Below, in pieces: positions 36,752 through 50,439 of a stretch of 64,000 bases of DNA. The stretch is from positions 14,138,001 to 14,202,000 of the forward strand of contig CM075990.1 in assembly GCA_038087875.1 (NCBI GenBank), read 5' to 3'. Source of the DNA: Malacoraja senta. Lineage: Eukaryota. Both the position numbers and the translations under genes were made by a program. Within the stretch, counting starts at the first letter, position 1, and every line of letters begins with the position of its first letter. The notes under the pieces were generated by a model. That model was not told the origin of the DNA. It did not search any database and saw nothing but the letters and a program-made list of their open reading frames with translations.

Positions 36752-38135
36752 CATAGAAACATAGAAACATAGAAATTAGGTGCAGGAGTAGGCCATTCGG
36801 CCCTTCGAGCCTGCACCGCCATTCAATATGATCATGGCTGATCATCCAACTCAGTATCCCGTACCTGCCTTCTCTCCATACCCCCTGATCCCCTTAGCCA
36901 CAAGGGCCACATCTAACTCCCTCTTAAATATAGCCAATGAACTGGCCTCGACTACCCTCTGTGGCAGAGAGTTCCAGAGATTCACCCCTCTCTGTGTAAA
37001 AAAAGTTCTTCTCATCTCGGTTTTAAAGGATTTCCCCCTTATCCTTAAGCTGTGACCCCTTGTCCTGGACTTCCCCAACATCGGGAGCAATCTTCCTGCA
37101 TCTAGCCTGTCCAACCCCTTAAGAATTTTGTAAGTTTCTATAAGATCCCCTCTCAATCTCCTAAATTCTAGAGAGTATAAACCAAGTCTATCCAGTCTTT
37201 CTTCATAAGACCTGACATCCCAGGAATCAGTCTGGTGAACCTTCTCTGCACTCCCTCTATGGCAATAATGTCCTTCCTCAGATTTGGAGACCAAAACTGT
37301 ACGCAATACTCCAGGTGTGGTCTCACCAAGACCCTGTACAACTGCAGTAGAACCTCCCTGCTCCTATACTCAAATCCTTTTACTATGAAAGCTAACATAC
37401 CATTCGCTTTCTTCACTGCCTGCTGCACCTGCATGCTTACTTTCAATGACTGGTGTACCATGACACCCAGGTCTCGCTGCATCTCCCCTTTTCCTAATCG
37501 GCCACCATTTAGATAATAGTCTGCTTTCCTGTTTTTGCCACCAAAGTGGATAACCTCACATTTATCCACATTATACTGCATCTGCCAAACATTTGCCCAC
37601 TCACCCAGCCTATCCAAGTCACCTTGCAGTCTCCTAGCATCCTCCTCACAGCTAACACTGCCCCCCAGCTTAGTGTCATCCGCAAACTTGGGAGATATTG
37701 CCTTCAATTCCCTCATCCAGATCATTAATATATATTGTAAATAGCTGGGGTCCCAGCACTGAGCCTTGCGGTACCCCACTAGTCACTGCCTGCCATTGTG
37801 AAAAGGACCCGTTTACTCCTACTCTTTGCTTCCTGTTTGACAGCCAGTTCTCTATCCAAATCAATACTGAACCCCCAATGCCATGTGCTTTAATTTTGTA
37901 TACTAATCTCTTATGTGGGACCTTGTCGAAAGCCTTCTGGAAGTCCAGATACACCACATCCACTGGTTCTCCCCTATCCACGCTACTAGTTACATCCTCG
38001 AAAAATTCTATAAGATTCGTCAGACATGATTTACCTTTCGTGAATCCATGCTGACTTTGTCCAATGATTTCACCACTTTCCAAATGTGCTGCTATCCCAT
38101 CTTTAATAACTGACTCTAGCAGTTTCCCCACTACC
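36752..38135 (-). mobile_element. 5'-truncated CR1 LINE (shark/ray type), RT and 3' UTR with (ATGTTTCT)n tail
   Basis: ORFs with [53 protein letters not shown]; two frameshifts. Confidence 0.95.
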
Positions 38136-38710
38136 CACTATTCAGTGAATATTAATCCAGTATCATTCGATTCTGGGCCATACGTACCTTCACTAAGTAT
38201 ATACAAGACAATGCAGTGCATTTGAACCAATACTTTATTTACTGATCTTTATAGTTCATATTAAACTAAGCACACTCTTTACTGGATTATGCAGTGCAAA
38301 ATAATAGTATGTTGCACATTGATCCACACAGTGCCTTCTGTATATCATACTCCAAAGTGCATATTAAACCAAGTACAATGTATACTTGTCCCTGCATAGG
38401 GATTTATTCAACCAGAACCTTGTATTCTGCACTATACAGTATGTCCTGAACCATGTACACTGTACATTGCACAATGCAGTGGATACTAATTTAGCAAACA
38501 GTATATAGTATAACAAACAATGCAGGATATACTGTAGTAAACCAGGACAATATATAATAGATCACACAGTGTATATTAAACAAAGCACATTGTATATGCT
38601 GTACATATTAAACATGCTTTGTATACTGGACCATTAACAGCACATGTTACATTTCATACTGTACACTACATCTTACAGTGGATTTTAGACTAAGGGTGTA
38701 AACTGAACTA

Positions 38711-38925
38711 TGGAGTAGCGATGAAGAGGTGGGGCCTCGTGGACAGTGCCTCCTGCGAGTGTGGGGACCCAACACAGACAGTGGAGCACATAGTCACCAG
38801 TTGCCCCAAACACCGGCCACCGAATGGTGAACGAGGTCTGATTGACCTGGACGATGACATGTTGGCCTGGCTCGCCTCAACGGAGCTGCAGGTCTAAAAG
38901 ACATACGACAGAAGAAGAAGAAGAA
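38711..38925 (+). mobile_element. Ingi/Vingi-like LINE 3' end with CCHC knuckle and (GAA)n tail
   Basis: GVAMKRWGLVDSASCECGDPTQTVEHIVTSCPKH...WLASTELQV*; GAACTA flanking duplication. Confidence 0.65.
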
Positions 38926-41900
38926 GAACTACCTACACATTAAACTAGACCATGTTGTACATATTAAACCAACCTCAATGTAGCTTGTACCATTTGCTAT
39001 ATGTTAAATGAAGGGCACAATATATTGGACAAGGCACAGTGCCCATTGCCCCAACACAATGCGTACCGGACTATGTATGCACAATGCATTTGGAAATAGC
39101 ATATAATAGATGGGAACATACAGCAAGCACAATCTGGCACCATGTATATTGCACAGACAGTGCATGTTAAACCAGCACAGTATATGCTGGATCATAAACA
39201 GTGCAAAGCTGGTGTACAAAACTAGACAAGGCACAGGCATAGGCTGATAAACAACAGAAATGATTTGTACCACAAAATTACCACAATGATCACTTGAACA
39301 AGGGATAATCTAATCACCTATCCTTGATATTCAATGCTATTACCATTGTCAAATCGTCATCAACAACATCCTGGGAGTCACCCCGTCCAGGAACTGATCT
39401 GAATGAGCCAAATAAATACAGTGGCAACCAGAACAAGTCATTAGCTGGGTATCCTGTAGCAAATGATTATCCACCCTCTCGACTTGTTGCCTATTCACTA
39501 TGTCCAACACATGTTAATAACATAACATATTCTCCTCTTGTCTATTTGGGTGCAACATTTATGAAGAGTAACAACATCTATGACTGATTGATTGCCACCC
39601 CATCCAGCAACCTGAACAGTCATTCTCTCCAACAGCTCTGTGTATTACATACAACATGTTAAAAACGGTACTTTTCCAGATGACCTCAACAGCACTTTCC
39701 AAACCCTCAACCACCACCGACAGAAACAGATCAAGGGGAGTTGGGCCATGGCAGCACCACCCCTTACAGGTTCCCCTCAGAATCGCATAACATCTTCACT
39801 CGGAAATATAGTTTCATCCCTTCATCACTGCTAAAGCCAAGCACTGGAACTCACTGCCCAAAAGCACAGTGGGAGGATCTGTATCAGAGAAGAACTGCAA
39901 AGGTCCCAGAAGGTGGCTCACAACTGCCTTCTCAAAGTATCAAGACGGCCAATAATTGCTAACCTTATCAATAATTCCTGAAAACGAATTCAATAAAAAC
40001 ACGTGCCGTGCATTGCATATTACAACTGACCACTTGGTGTAAAGTGAATCAAGTACAGTCTGCAATAAAAATGGACTGCAGATGCTGGTCTATATCAAAG
40101 ATAGACGCAAAATGCTGGAGTAATTCAAGAATGTTTTTGCTATCTCAAGTGCAGTCTATATTGCTCTGCATTAGCACATTTTAAATCATATTTTCTGTAC
40201 TCTTAGCCAGATTGCGTATGAAACCATGAACACTATAACAACACGTTTTTGTCTAACACAAAATGGAAACCATCCCTTAAAATACTCTCACCATGGTCAA
40301 GCATGCACTGTAGATTCCATCACATAATATAGCGAACAATGAAGACTGTACACCGGACAACTTGACACCAAGAATACCTTGTTCCAGTACGGACACCATG
40401 TATTTTAGATCATCTATCACCTGCACACAATATTCATCACTTTGCAAACCACTACAGTTCATTGTTATTCACACTTTACAACCTCTAGTACAGCTCCAAG
40501 AATTTAATAAAACATCTTGGGATACAAAAGTCTTGACTATGCCGCTGAAGTAATGCATAGACCCAGCTGATATTTCTGGGAAACACCATTATCTGTAAAA
40601 TATGGAATTTGGCCATGAAAGGCCACTTGTCCGATCTTCATACAATTCCTTGGAATTATTGACATTTTCAGGATCACGAGCAAGATACAAAGAGCTGAAG
40701 GAACGCAGCAGGTTAGGCAGCATCTGTGGAGGGAATGGATGGACCCTTCTCCCAACCTGAAACATTCTCTCCACAGATGCTGTCTGACCTACTGAGTTTA
40801 TCCAGCACTTTGTGTTTTGCTCCAGATTCCAGCATCTGCAGTTTCTTGTGTCTCCATTTGGGAGATTGTGGTTCATTGGTTCCATCAACAGACAGTATCT
40901 CTGACAATGCAGAACTATTTTACAGATATGTCAACTTGAACCCACAACCTATTCTCAAAGTAAGTAATGTTACTGTTGGAACAGGGAGCAGAAATATCAT
41001 GCCACTCTGGTTCTCTCCTTGAGGCTCCCAACTGGATAATAAAATTGACGATTTAGTAAGGAAGAAAGAGCCAGAAGCCAGAATCATACAGCATGGAAAC
41101 AGGCCCTTTGGCCCATTGCCGACCAAGATGCCCCATCTCCACAGGTTCCACTTGCCCATATTTAGCCCATATCCCTCTTAATCTTTTCCTATCCAATTTT
41201 CTCTTCTCCAAAGTTTAATCAAGTGCAGATTAGGCAGCCCGTGATCAAGGATCAAGGTTTGGCACTGAAGTGAGTGGGTTTGTTGGAATAATTGACCTTG
41301 TATCTTTTCAATGCCAGGGTCAAGCCGTACGTTTTATCTGACCCAGCAGAGTCGACACTCTCCACTGTGAGGGAGGAGGACTGGACATTTTGGTGCCTTT
41401 CCCTCACAGTGGAGAGTGTCGACTCTGCTGTGGTGGGATGTTCATGTTGAATCTCTAAATAGTGTGTCGTGTCTTTTTTATTCTACCTTTTTATTTTTAT
41501 TTATATGGTTAATTGTCTGTGAAGCGCTTTGGTTTCAGTAATCTGATTGAAAGGCGCTATATAAATAAACTTACTTTACTTTACTTTACTTTACAGCCGG
41601 TCAAAATGCTTTTCTACCTGACTCACCTCTTGGCCACCCAGCTCTCTAAGCATGCAAAGCAATCTTAACCAGTTCCAAATCTTAACCAGTCACACTTCAG
41701 GACCCTTGGAAGTGCAGTCATGGAAACAGCATTTCACCATGATGATCTGGGACAGCGAACCATCGCAAGATATTGGAAAGAAAGGCTGAATTATAAATTT
41801 AATTCCTGCTGTTGTCCCAAGCGTGCACTTTGCGAGGATTCTGAGAATAAGCGACAGAGCAACAAATTAAAAGTAAGGGCTTTAAAATGTAAGCTTAATT

Positions 41901-43539
41901 ATTTTGGTAATTAAAAATCTCCGGTTCATTGGTATCTGGGGAAATATTTGCTCCATTTTTTGAAGTGCAGGATTGGATTTTCTTAAAGGAATGTACCTGT
42001 TGGAGGATGAGCAGGCTATTTTGTTTTGTTCAGATATGGATAGAGGCTTATCCTCGAACCTCCAGAATGCGTTGTTATAAGCCGTGCATAATAGCATGCG
42101 CCACAGATGCACAGCTCCACTGGTTAACCGAGTTGAATCAGGGTTTAGTGTATCAGAAATTAATCAAGTATCCTGTTGCCATCTGCTGAGCACTGCGTCG
42201 GAACTGGCTCCGTGAATTCAGGTGTGAAATGCAAGCTCATTACATCCGACGAAAGCTGCCAGATGGTTATCACGGTATATAATCTGCAAGTTTCCTAAGA
42301 GGCCTCGGTAAATTCAGGAGTCTGAGCTGCAACCATGGAATCGTGCAAAGGTACAGCCAGCTGTCTACAGAATACCATTCTGCACCTATGTTTTATTCTG
42401 GGTTCTCCGCTTACAATTTCGTCCAGCTGTTTCACTTGCTGTAGATTACTGAAGAAACATATTTACAATGAGGAGAACACAAAATGCTGGATTTACACAG
42501 TGGGTCAGGCAGCACCTGTGGAGGAAATGGATAGGCGACATTTCAGGCCAAAACCTTTCGTCTGACTGAATCTGGACATTGGTCCTCTTGCCTCTTGTCA
42601 CTTGGTCAACCCATCAGGTCGATGTAATTACTGAAATTAACTTTAATTCCCCACTCATTCAATGATTGAATTTAAATTCTGCAGTCTCCATTGCGAGATT
42701 TGAAATGCATCTTTTCATCAAATGTTCAGAATTCTGGATCATGAACTATATATATCACAACAGCCACATTACATCATCTGCAAGTTGAACAGCAGCTAAG
42801 CAAAAACGGCAGCTTTTCTTTGAGCTCAGTTAAACGACCTCTAGAGGCACGAATACAAGTTGGAGAAACAATTTAAATGCTAATAAGATGGTAGCCTTTA
42901 TCTCAAACAACAGAGTTCGATATAAACACAGAAAACACGAGCAACACTCAGCGGAACAGGCAGCTTCTGTGAAGTGCATTTATTGTTTCGGTAGACACAA
43001 AATGCTGGAGTAACTCAGCAGGACAGGCAGCATCTCTGGAGAGAAGGAATGGGTGACGTTTCGGGTCGTCACCCATTCCTTCTCTCCAGAGATGCTGCCT
43101 GTCCCGTTGTGTTACTCCAGCATTTTGTGTCTACCTTCAATTTAAACCAGCATCTGCTTTTATTTCCTACACATTTATTGTTATGGTTTTGAGTTTGAAG
43201 ACTCTTTGACAGAGACCTAGAAAGGGGACAGTCTGACAAATGGACTTCAACATGAAATGTTAATTCTGATTTGCCTTCCATAGGGTCTCCACCACCTGCT
43301 AACAAGTTTCTGCTTTCACTTCAGACTTCCAGTATCTGCCGGTTTTATTTTAAATTTTTCAAAGGGAATAAAAGGTACTTTATGGTCATGTATAAAAACT
43401 CTGCTTCAACAGCAGTCTGAAGAAGGGTCCTGACCCAAAACATTGGGACCCAACCTATTGTGTTCCTCAGCACTTTGCGTTTTGCTCAAGATCCCAGCAT
43501 CAACAATTCCTTGTGCCTCTGCTTCAACTCAATCTGTTT

Positions 43540-43862
43540 TAGAAACATAGAAAATAGGTGCAGGAGGAGCCATTCGGCCCTCCAAGCCAGCACCACCATT
43601 CATTGTGATCATGGCTGATCGTCCCCAATCAATAACCCGTGCCTGCCTTCTCCCCATATCCCTTGATTCCACTAGCCCCTAGAGCTCTATCAAACTCTCT
43701 CTTAAATCCATCCAGTGACTTGGCCTCCACTGCCCTCTGTGGCTGGGAATTTCACAAATTCACAACTCTCTGGGTGAAAATGTTTTTCCTCACCTCAGTC
43801 TTAAATGGCTTCCCCTTTATTCTAAGACTGTGGCCCCTGGTTCTAAGACTGTGGCCCCTGGT
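43540..43862 (-). mobile_element. CR1 3' fragment
   Basis: Same tail and 3' UTR as 12698; ends in a short tandem duplication of TCTAAGACTGTGGCCCCTGG. Confidence 0.85.
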
Positions 43863-45338
43863 TTAGATTTCTGTATTTAGGCACCACAACTCATGGGCAT
43901 AACATCGTCCTTGGAGGAGCTCCAGCACAAATCCACAGGGAGGAAGGATAGGATTACTGAGGACAGGTGGCAAGTGGTGTCAGCCGGGCTCAGTGGGTGA
44001 TGTGCATGCCAGAGCTGGAAGATTGGGGAGAATCAGTCCTTCTCTAAAGACTTGAGCATCAGAGCTCTGCTGCTGCTGCTGCAGAGTTGAGCTGGTGAGC
44101 CTACATTGCCAGAGATGTTGTCGAGAGCTAGAGCAAAACTCCATCTATTGGTATTGGTGCTGTTTACCATATGGTCATGTGTACCAAAGATAGAGCTAAA
44201 AGCTGTGATTTAATGTGATATCCAGACACAATGATACCAGACACAAGTACGACAAGTACTGCAAAAGAGAAACGAAGCAGAGATCTGAATGTAGTGTAAA
44301 CCCAAGGAACTGCTGATACTGGTTTACAAATCAAAACACACAAAGTGTGGCAGTAATGATATTTCGTTCAAGCCTAGGTTTGAATGACAATAAATAGCAT
44401 TCAGTAACTCAGTGGGTCAGGAAGAATCTCTGGAGCAAATGGACAGGTGGCATTTCAGATCAGGACCCTTCTTCAGAATATAATGTAATAATGTGTTAAA
44501 GTGCAAATAATGTCTCCAGGATCCTTCAACGGGTTAAACGTATTTCACCGGCTTTAGAACACTTTGGGAGAATGAGAATATGGAACCCTCCTCAACTCCC
44601 CACAACTCTCACCCACCGCATCAGATCCTGCCGCCCAGCTGAGCAAGGAAGATTTACAACTTATCAAAACGCACATCATTGAGATGTGTGAGAATTCCGA
44701 GCACACACACAGTAAGTCCACAAATTGAATCCATGGGGTCACAGGGAGAACCTGAAAATTCCACACAGACAGCACCCAAGGTCAGGATCAGACCCCGGTC
44801 CCTGGAGCTGTGAAGTAGCAGCTCTACCCGCTGCACCGCTGTGCTGTCTCTATCAGTCTATGGATCTAGACAGGAGGCAAGGAAATCTTACCTACAGTCA
44901 CATGCTCATCTTTCCCCTCTGTATATTTCATGTCTTACAGTATGAACATATTCTAACTTCCATTTATTGCTAGTTTATTTTAGGCAATGTGACTAAACAG
45001 ACTGTAAAATCAATTTGTGCTCGCCTGACATAATTCCAACTGTCCACTGTGCATGTTTGGTTGCAAGACAGTTGCCTTTGTTTCTCCTGTTCCTCCACAT
45101 GCATCAATTAGTTCCACTCCTTTAACTAATTCTCTCTTTCATTCCTTGCTGGAATTAGTAGTGGCCTTCATATTTAAGGATAATAATCTTGCCTGAAGAG
45201 AACTATGCTACATCAGCATCTCGTAAGCCCTTCATTTAACCTGCCATATTCTCTGTGGGAGAACAATATAAAAGGTGTTTCACTTATTTGAGAAAAGCAC
45301 ATTCTTGACATCCAGAAGCATCACAATAACGTGTATAG

Positions 45339-45535
45339 AAAAATGCTGGAGAAACTCAGCGGGTGCAGCAGCATCTATGGAGCGAAGGAAATAGGCAACG
45401 TTTTGGGCCGAAACCCTTCTTCTGACCCGAAACGTTGCCTATTTCCTTCGCTCCATAGATGCTGCTGCACCCGCTGAGTTTCTCCAGCATTTTTGTGTAC
45501 CTTCGATTTTCCAGCATCTGCAGTTCCTTCTTTAA
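45339..45535. mobile_element. Penelope-derived foldback unit with 17-bp TSD
   Basis: CACAATAACGTGTATAG at 45322-45338 and 45536-45552. Confidence 0.78.
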
Positions 45536-46766
45536 CACAATAACGTGTATAGTTGAGTTGCTGCCTCACGATTTGACAGACCCAGGTTCAATCCTGACCT
45601 ATGTTGCTGTGAGTGGTGTTTGCACAATTTTCTTTAGACCATAAACATCTCCTCCTGGTGCTTTGGTTTCCTCCTACATGCTAAAAAAATGTGCAGCTTT
45701 TGTTGTTCAATTAGTCACTGTAAATCAGTAGGCAGATTAGACAGGGTGCCAGAGGTTATGGAGAGAAGGCAAGAGAATGGGGTTAGGAGGGAGAGATAGC
45801 TCACCCATGGTTGAATGGCGTTGTAGACTTGATGGGCCGAATGGCCTATCACTTATGAACTTGTCCGAAGTTTATGAATGAGCGGTGGAATGTGGGGAAA
45901 ATAAAACAGTTTGAGGATAGGACTTGGGTGATAAATGAGTGCAGGCTCAGTGGGTCGTTGGAGCTGTTTATGTGTTGTATCTCCATGATTCTATGACGTT
46001 AATTGGACCCAAATTCAGAAAAGCAATGGATTCACAAATAGGCCAGGGTATCGAGGAGCAGGAAGCTTATCAACGTATCAGAAGCCCATCTTTAGAACGT
46101 GGGTGGAAACCAGACCACCCACAGCCGCAGCGACGTTGAGGCAACAGACAGTTTCCAGTGCCAGTGATGCAATCATAGCTGGTCCGTTTGAGCATGAAGT
46201 TAATTTGTGTCCATGCTTGGTTCATTAATGAAATACCAGTCCACTCAGTTATTACACAAGAACTATCCAACAGCATGTTCAGAAGGGGAAAAAAACATGA
46301 CCACAGCTGCAGCAAATCTGCTCAATAAACTCGAGTTACTTTGCTGTCCTGATCTTTGTTACTGTTGACAAGTAATCAGAATTGTTATATTTAGAAGAAG
46401 CAAACACGATATGATTAAAATAAAACCTGCTGCACTCAATCCACACAGAAGTCACAATAAAAATCTGAGACTAGCAAAACACGTCTATTTGCCACTAATA
46501 CAAAGAAAAGTGGCATTATAAACAATGTGGATGACAGCATTAAATTACAAAGAGATAGTGAATATAATGAACCAGATAAAGCTGCGGCAATTGGATTTCA
46601 ATGAAGAAATATGTGATCGTCTATCTTGGCAAAGGCAGTAGAACTCTCTTTCACAACACCAGGCAAAGCCAGGTCATTTATTCATTTTAAATCTAAGATT
46701 GATAGATTTTTGTTGAAAGGTATGGTGTCAAGACTAATATAAAATTATCATTAGCCAAGAGTGTTA

Positions 46767-46967
46767 AGGCGACTCTTTAGGCGACTGCCAGGGACTAGAT
46801 TTAATGGAATTCACCTACGACACCTGGCGACAACCTACGACAACACCTACGTCAACCTACGACAGCAAAAATTGTCGCCACTGTCGGCGAAAAATGTTCA
46901 ACATGTTGAAAATTTTGTGGCAGTAGCCTGTAGTCACCCAAAAAATCGCCTAAATGGGACAGGCCCA
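46767..46967. mobile_element. PIF/Harbinger MITE with partly deleted left TIR
   Basis: Right end TGGGACAGGCCC; reverse-complement match to 63076-63268; TTA flanks. Confidence 0.7.
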
Positions 46968-47344
46968 TTAATGGCTTTACATGGTGGCAAAAAAACAAAC
47001 TGCTGAAGGAACTCAACAAGTCAGGCAGCATCTGGGGTAGTTGGTGGTTTCTGGACTGACCTGATGCAGTATCCAAGATATTGAACATCCCTTTGCCTCC
47101 ACAGATACTGCTTGACCTGATGAATTCCTCCAGCAGCTTGCTTTTTGCTCCAGATCCTAACATCAACAGTCTCTTGTGTATCCACGATAGTTGCTTCATT
47201 TTCTTGTACTCTGTCTCTGCAATTCATTGCACCGATCAGGCATAAATGAAGTAGGACAGGTCGGCCCCCCTCTGACAGAATGGGAGAAGAGACCTCAGGA
47301 GGTAAATGGTCTCCTCCTGATGCTGTGATCATTTCAATGAATCA

Positions 47345-47446
<102 letters not shown>

Positions 47447-47850
47447 TCAGTAAAGAAAAAAGGTTAATGTACAAATGCCACACCACATCTACTGAGCTTT
47501 GTAGAAGATTATCTTCTTTTGAAAATGGTGTCAAATGGAGACTTTGAAAATGGTACCAAAACCTGGCGACTCTTGTATATGCTCAGTGGGCTATTTCTAT
47601 ACATTTTGTACTCAATCTGGGTTTGTGCTGATGTACAGTAATAATTTGAACTGTAGGGAAAAAAATAATCTCATTGTACATCGGTCCATGTGATAATAAA
47701 GAATGGAAGGTAGACAAAAGTGCTGGAGAAACTCAGCGGATGCAGCAGCATCTATGGAGCGAAGGAACCAGGCAACGTTTCGGGCCGAAACCCTTCTTCA
47801 GAATGATTGATTGAACCATCTACTGTGGGGAGACGGAGAACAGATGGGGT

Positions 47851-48200
47851 AGAAACATAAAAACATAGAAAATAGGTGCAGGCGTAGGCCATTCAGCCCT
47901 TCGAGCCAGCACCGCCATTCAATATGATCATGGCTGATCATCCAAAATCAGTACCCCATTCCTGCTTTTCCCCCCATATCCCTTGATTCCGTTAGCCCTA
48001 GGAGCTAAATCTAACTCTCTCTTGAAAACGTCCAGTGAATTGGCCTCCACTGCCTTCTGTTGCAGAGAATTCCACAGTTTCACAATTCCCTGGGTGAAAA
48101 AGATTTTCCTCATCTCAGTCCTAAATGGCCTACCCCGTATTCTTAAACTGTGACCACTGGTTCTGGACCCCCCCCCCCCCCCACATCGGGAACATCGGTA
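47851..48200 (-). mobile_element. CR1 3' fragment
   Basis: Tail plus GHSLRIRGRPFRTEMRKIFFTQ peptide. Confidence 0.85.
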
Positions 48201-50259
48201 ACATTTTTCCTGCACCTTGTGTTCACTTTGCTTGTATTTGTCTGTTTGCAACCTGGAGCTGAAAAGAATACTTTTCTGTTTTTATTTCAGATTTCCAACA
48301 TTTGCACTTGTTTAGATTTTCTTTAATCATATCCTCAGTGCGGGAGTCCAGAACAAATGGGCATGTTCAAAACCAGACCTTGGGCTTCGTGCCACTTTTT
48401 CAAAATCTTGAACCCTCTCCTCACACAAGGAATTGAGGTGGGGGTGTCTGGATAAGAAGAAGATAAAGATTGCAAATCTAATCTTAAAAGGTTGTGTTAG
48501 ACAAGGACACTGGTGTGTGGAGAATCAATGTGAATGACAAATGAGTGGTGAAAAAGGAATTAGGCAGTCTGTCAGGATGGAGAATGACTTGCTTCCCCTT
48601 CGCTTTAATAGTCTGAGGTGAGAGATGAGGGCACCTCAGACCATTTCCATCAATGGGGCAGATGCCTGATGGAGTAGGTGGGCAGGGTGTGATCTGGCAT
48701 GTTCTTTCTGCTATTTACGCTGGTTTGTGTCCGGTCTCAATGCATCAACTAGAAGGTCCCAATACTATCTCCATTGCTGCTTCTCCATTTTGAATGATCA
48801 GGAGCCCGGGATTCCCCAAAAATCAATTGTGTTCAAGGACGCTTGTAAACAACCTCAAATCTTTTCCTCTGTCCAATTGGCAATTCCTTCCTGCAACATA
48901 TCTCGGCAAAGTTGGCATTTGTCACTGGGGGCATGTAAATAATGTAACCTGTCAATGTTGCCAATCATGTTTAATCGTGGCTTCAATAGCTTGGGACTTT
49001 GGAATGGGTAAGGACATTAGATAGGGCATCTTGGTCAGCCTGGGTTAGTTGAAACAGAAGGCTTTTTCCGTGCTGAATTGCTCCATGGCTCCAGTTTGCT
49101 CTCCAATGCATTAGGAGAATTTTGTGGAAAACTGCATCTTTCCAGTTTCATGAGGTTCATGCTGTCTGGAGTCCATTACTCTGACACTGCTGAGTCTTGG
49201 TCTAGACTGAAGATCCTTAAGCATCCTTTTCCATGATCAATTAAAAGCTTTGCAGGCTAATTGAAGTCGGTGGCAAATTTCATCCTCAACACTTGATTTA
49301 CGCAAAAGGTAACTTTCAAAACATGAGCACTTAGTTTAGTTGAGAGATACAGCATAGAAACAGGCCTTTCATCAGTTCATGAGAATGAGGCCATTTGGCC
49401 AATCAAGTCAACTTTATTTGTCACATACACATACAAGATGTGCAGTGAAATGAAAGTGGCAATGCCTGCGGATTGTGCAAAAAACTACAGAACAGGATAG
49501 AACAGAATCAGTATTTACATGTTAGGGGAAAAAAGTTTAATAAAGACACAACACCACAGTAAATGAGTACAGTAAATTCCTGCCTTCTCCCCATAACCTC
49601 TGACACCTGTACTAATGAAGAATCGATCTATCTCTGCCTTAAAAATATCCACTGACGGCCTCCACAGCCTTCTATGGCAAATAATTCCACAGATTCATCA
49701 CCCTCTGACTAAATTGTAGTTAGAGAGAAAGAATGTGCTTTAACGACATCAGAAGAACAAATCTCTCTCTGAAACCCCACTCAGAAATCTGACAGCAAAA
49801 ACATCCCTTCATAAAACCCACTAAAAACCCTGCAACCAGCTCCCTTTCCTCTGAATAATCACCTTTTCATTTAATGTAGATTAAAACATTTGCTCTATCA
49901 GCTTCGAGCAGTTCCCTCACTTCCAAATCGAGACCTTCAGCATGAACATGCAGCCTGATACCACCTGCTGTACTGCAGGAGAGTTGCACCAACAGAGGCC
50001 GCGAGTCAAGAGTGTTTTATTGACAATGAAATTCTTACTGCAATAATAACCATAATAGTCTGTGCAGTGTCACCATTGGGAAGAGAGGTTACTCTGTGAT
50101 ACCTTCGGTAGGTCAACAGTTTGCTCCCTGTTCTGCTCCATATCTATCCTTCAATGATTTTAAAACTAGCAGCATTCTGTCTAGCAACAATCGCATTTCT
50201 GTGGAAGCTTATTGTGCATAAATTGCCAGCCACATTACGATGATGATGATGATAGTTCA

Positions 50260-50439
<180 letters not shown>

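Larger units (their letters stand above)
36130..39230. repeat. Decayed ~40-bp tandem repeat array, split by CR1, Penelope and Vingi-like insertions
   Basis: Recurring ATTAAACCAGCNCACTGTATACTGGACCATGCACANTGCAT-like units on both sides of the CR1. Confidence 0.7.

Noticed and set aside
36130..39230. CRISPR-like array
   Set aside because: Units are diverged along their full length with no constant repeat and unique spacer pattern, no cas genes, and the context is vertebrate intron
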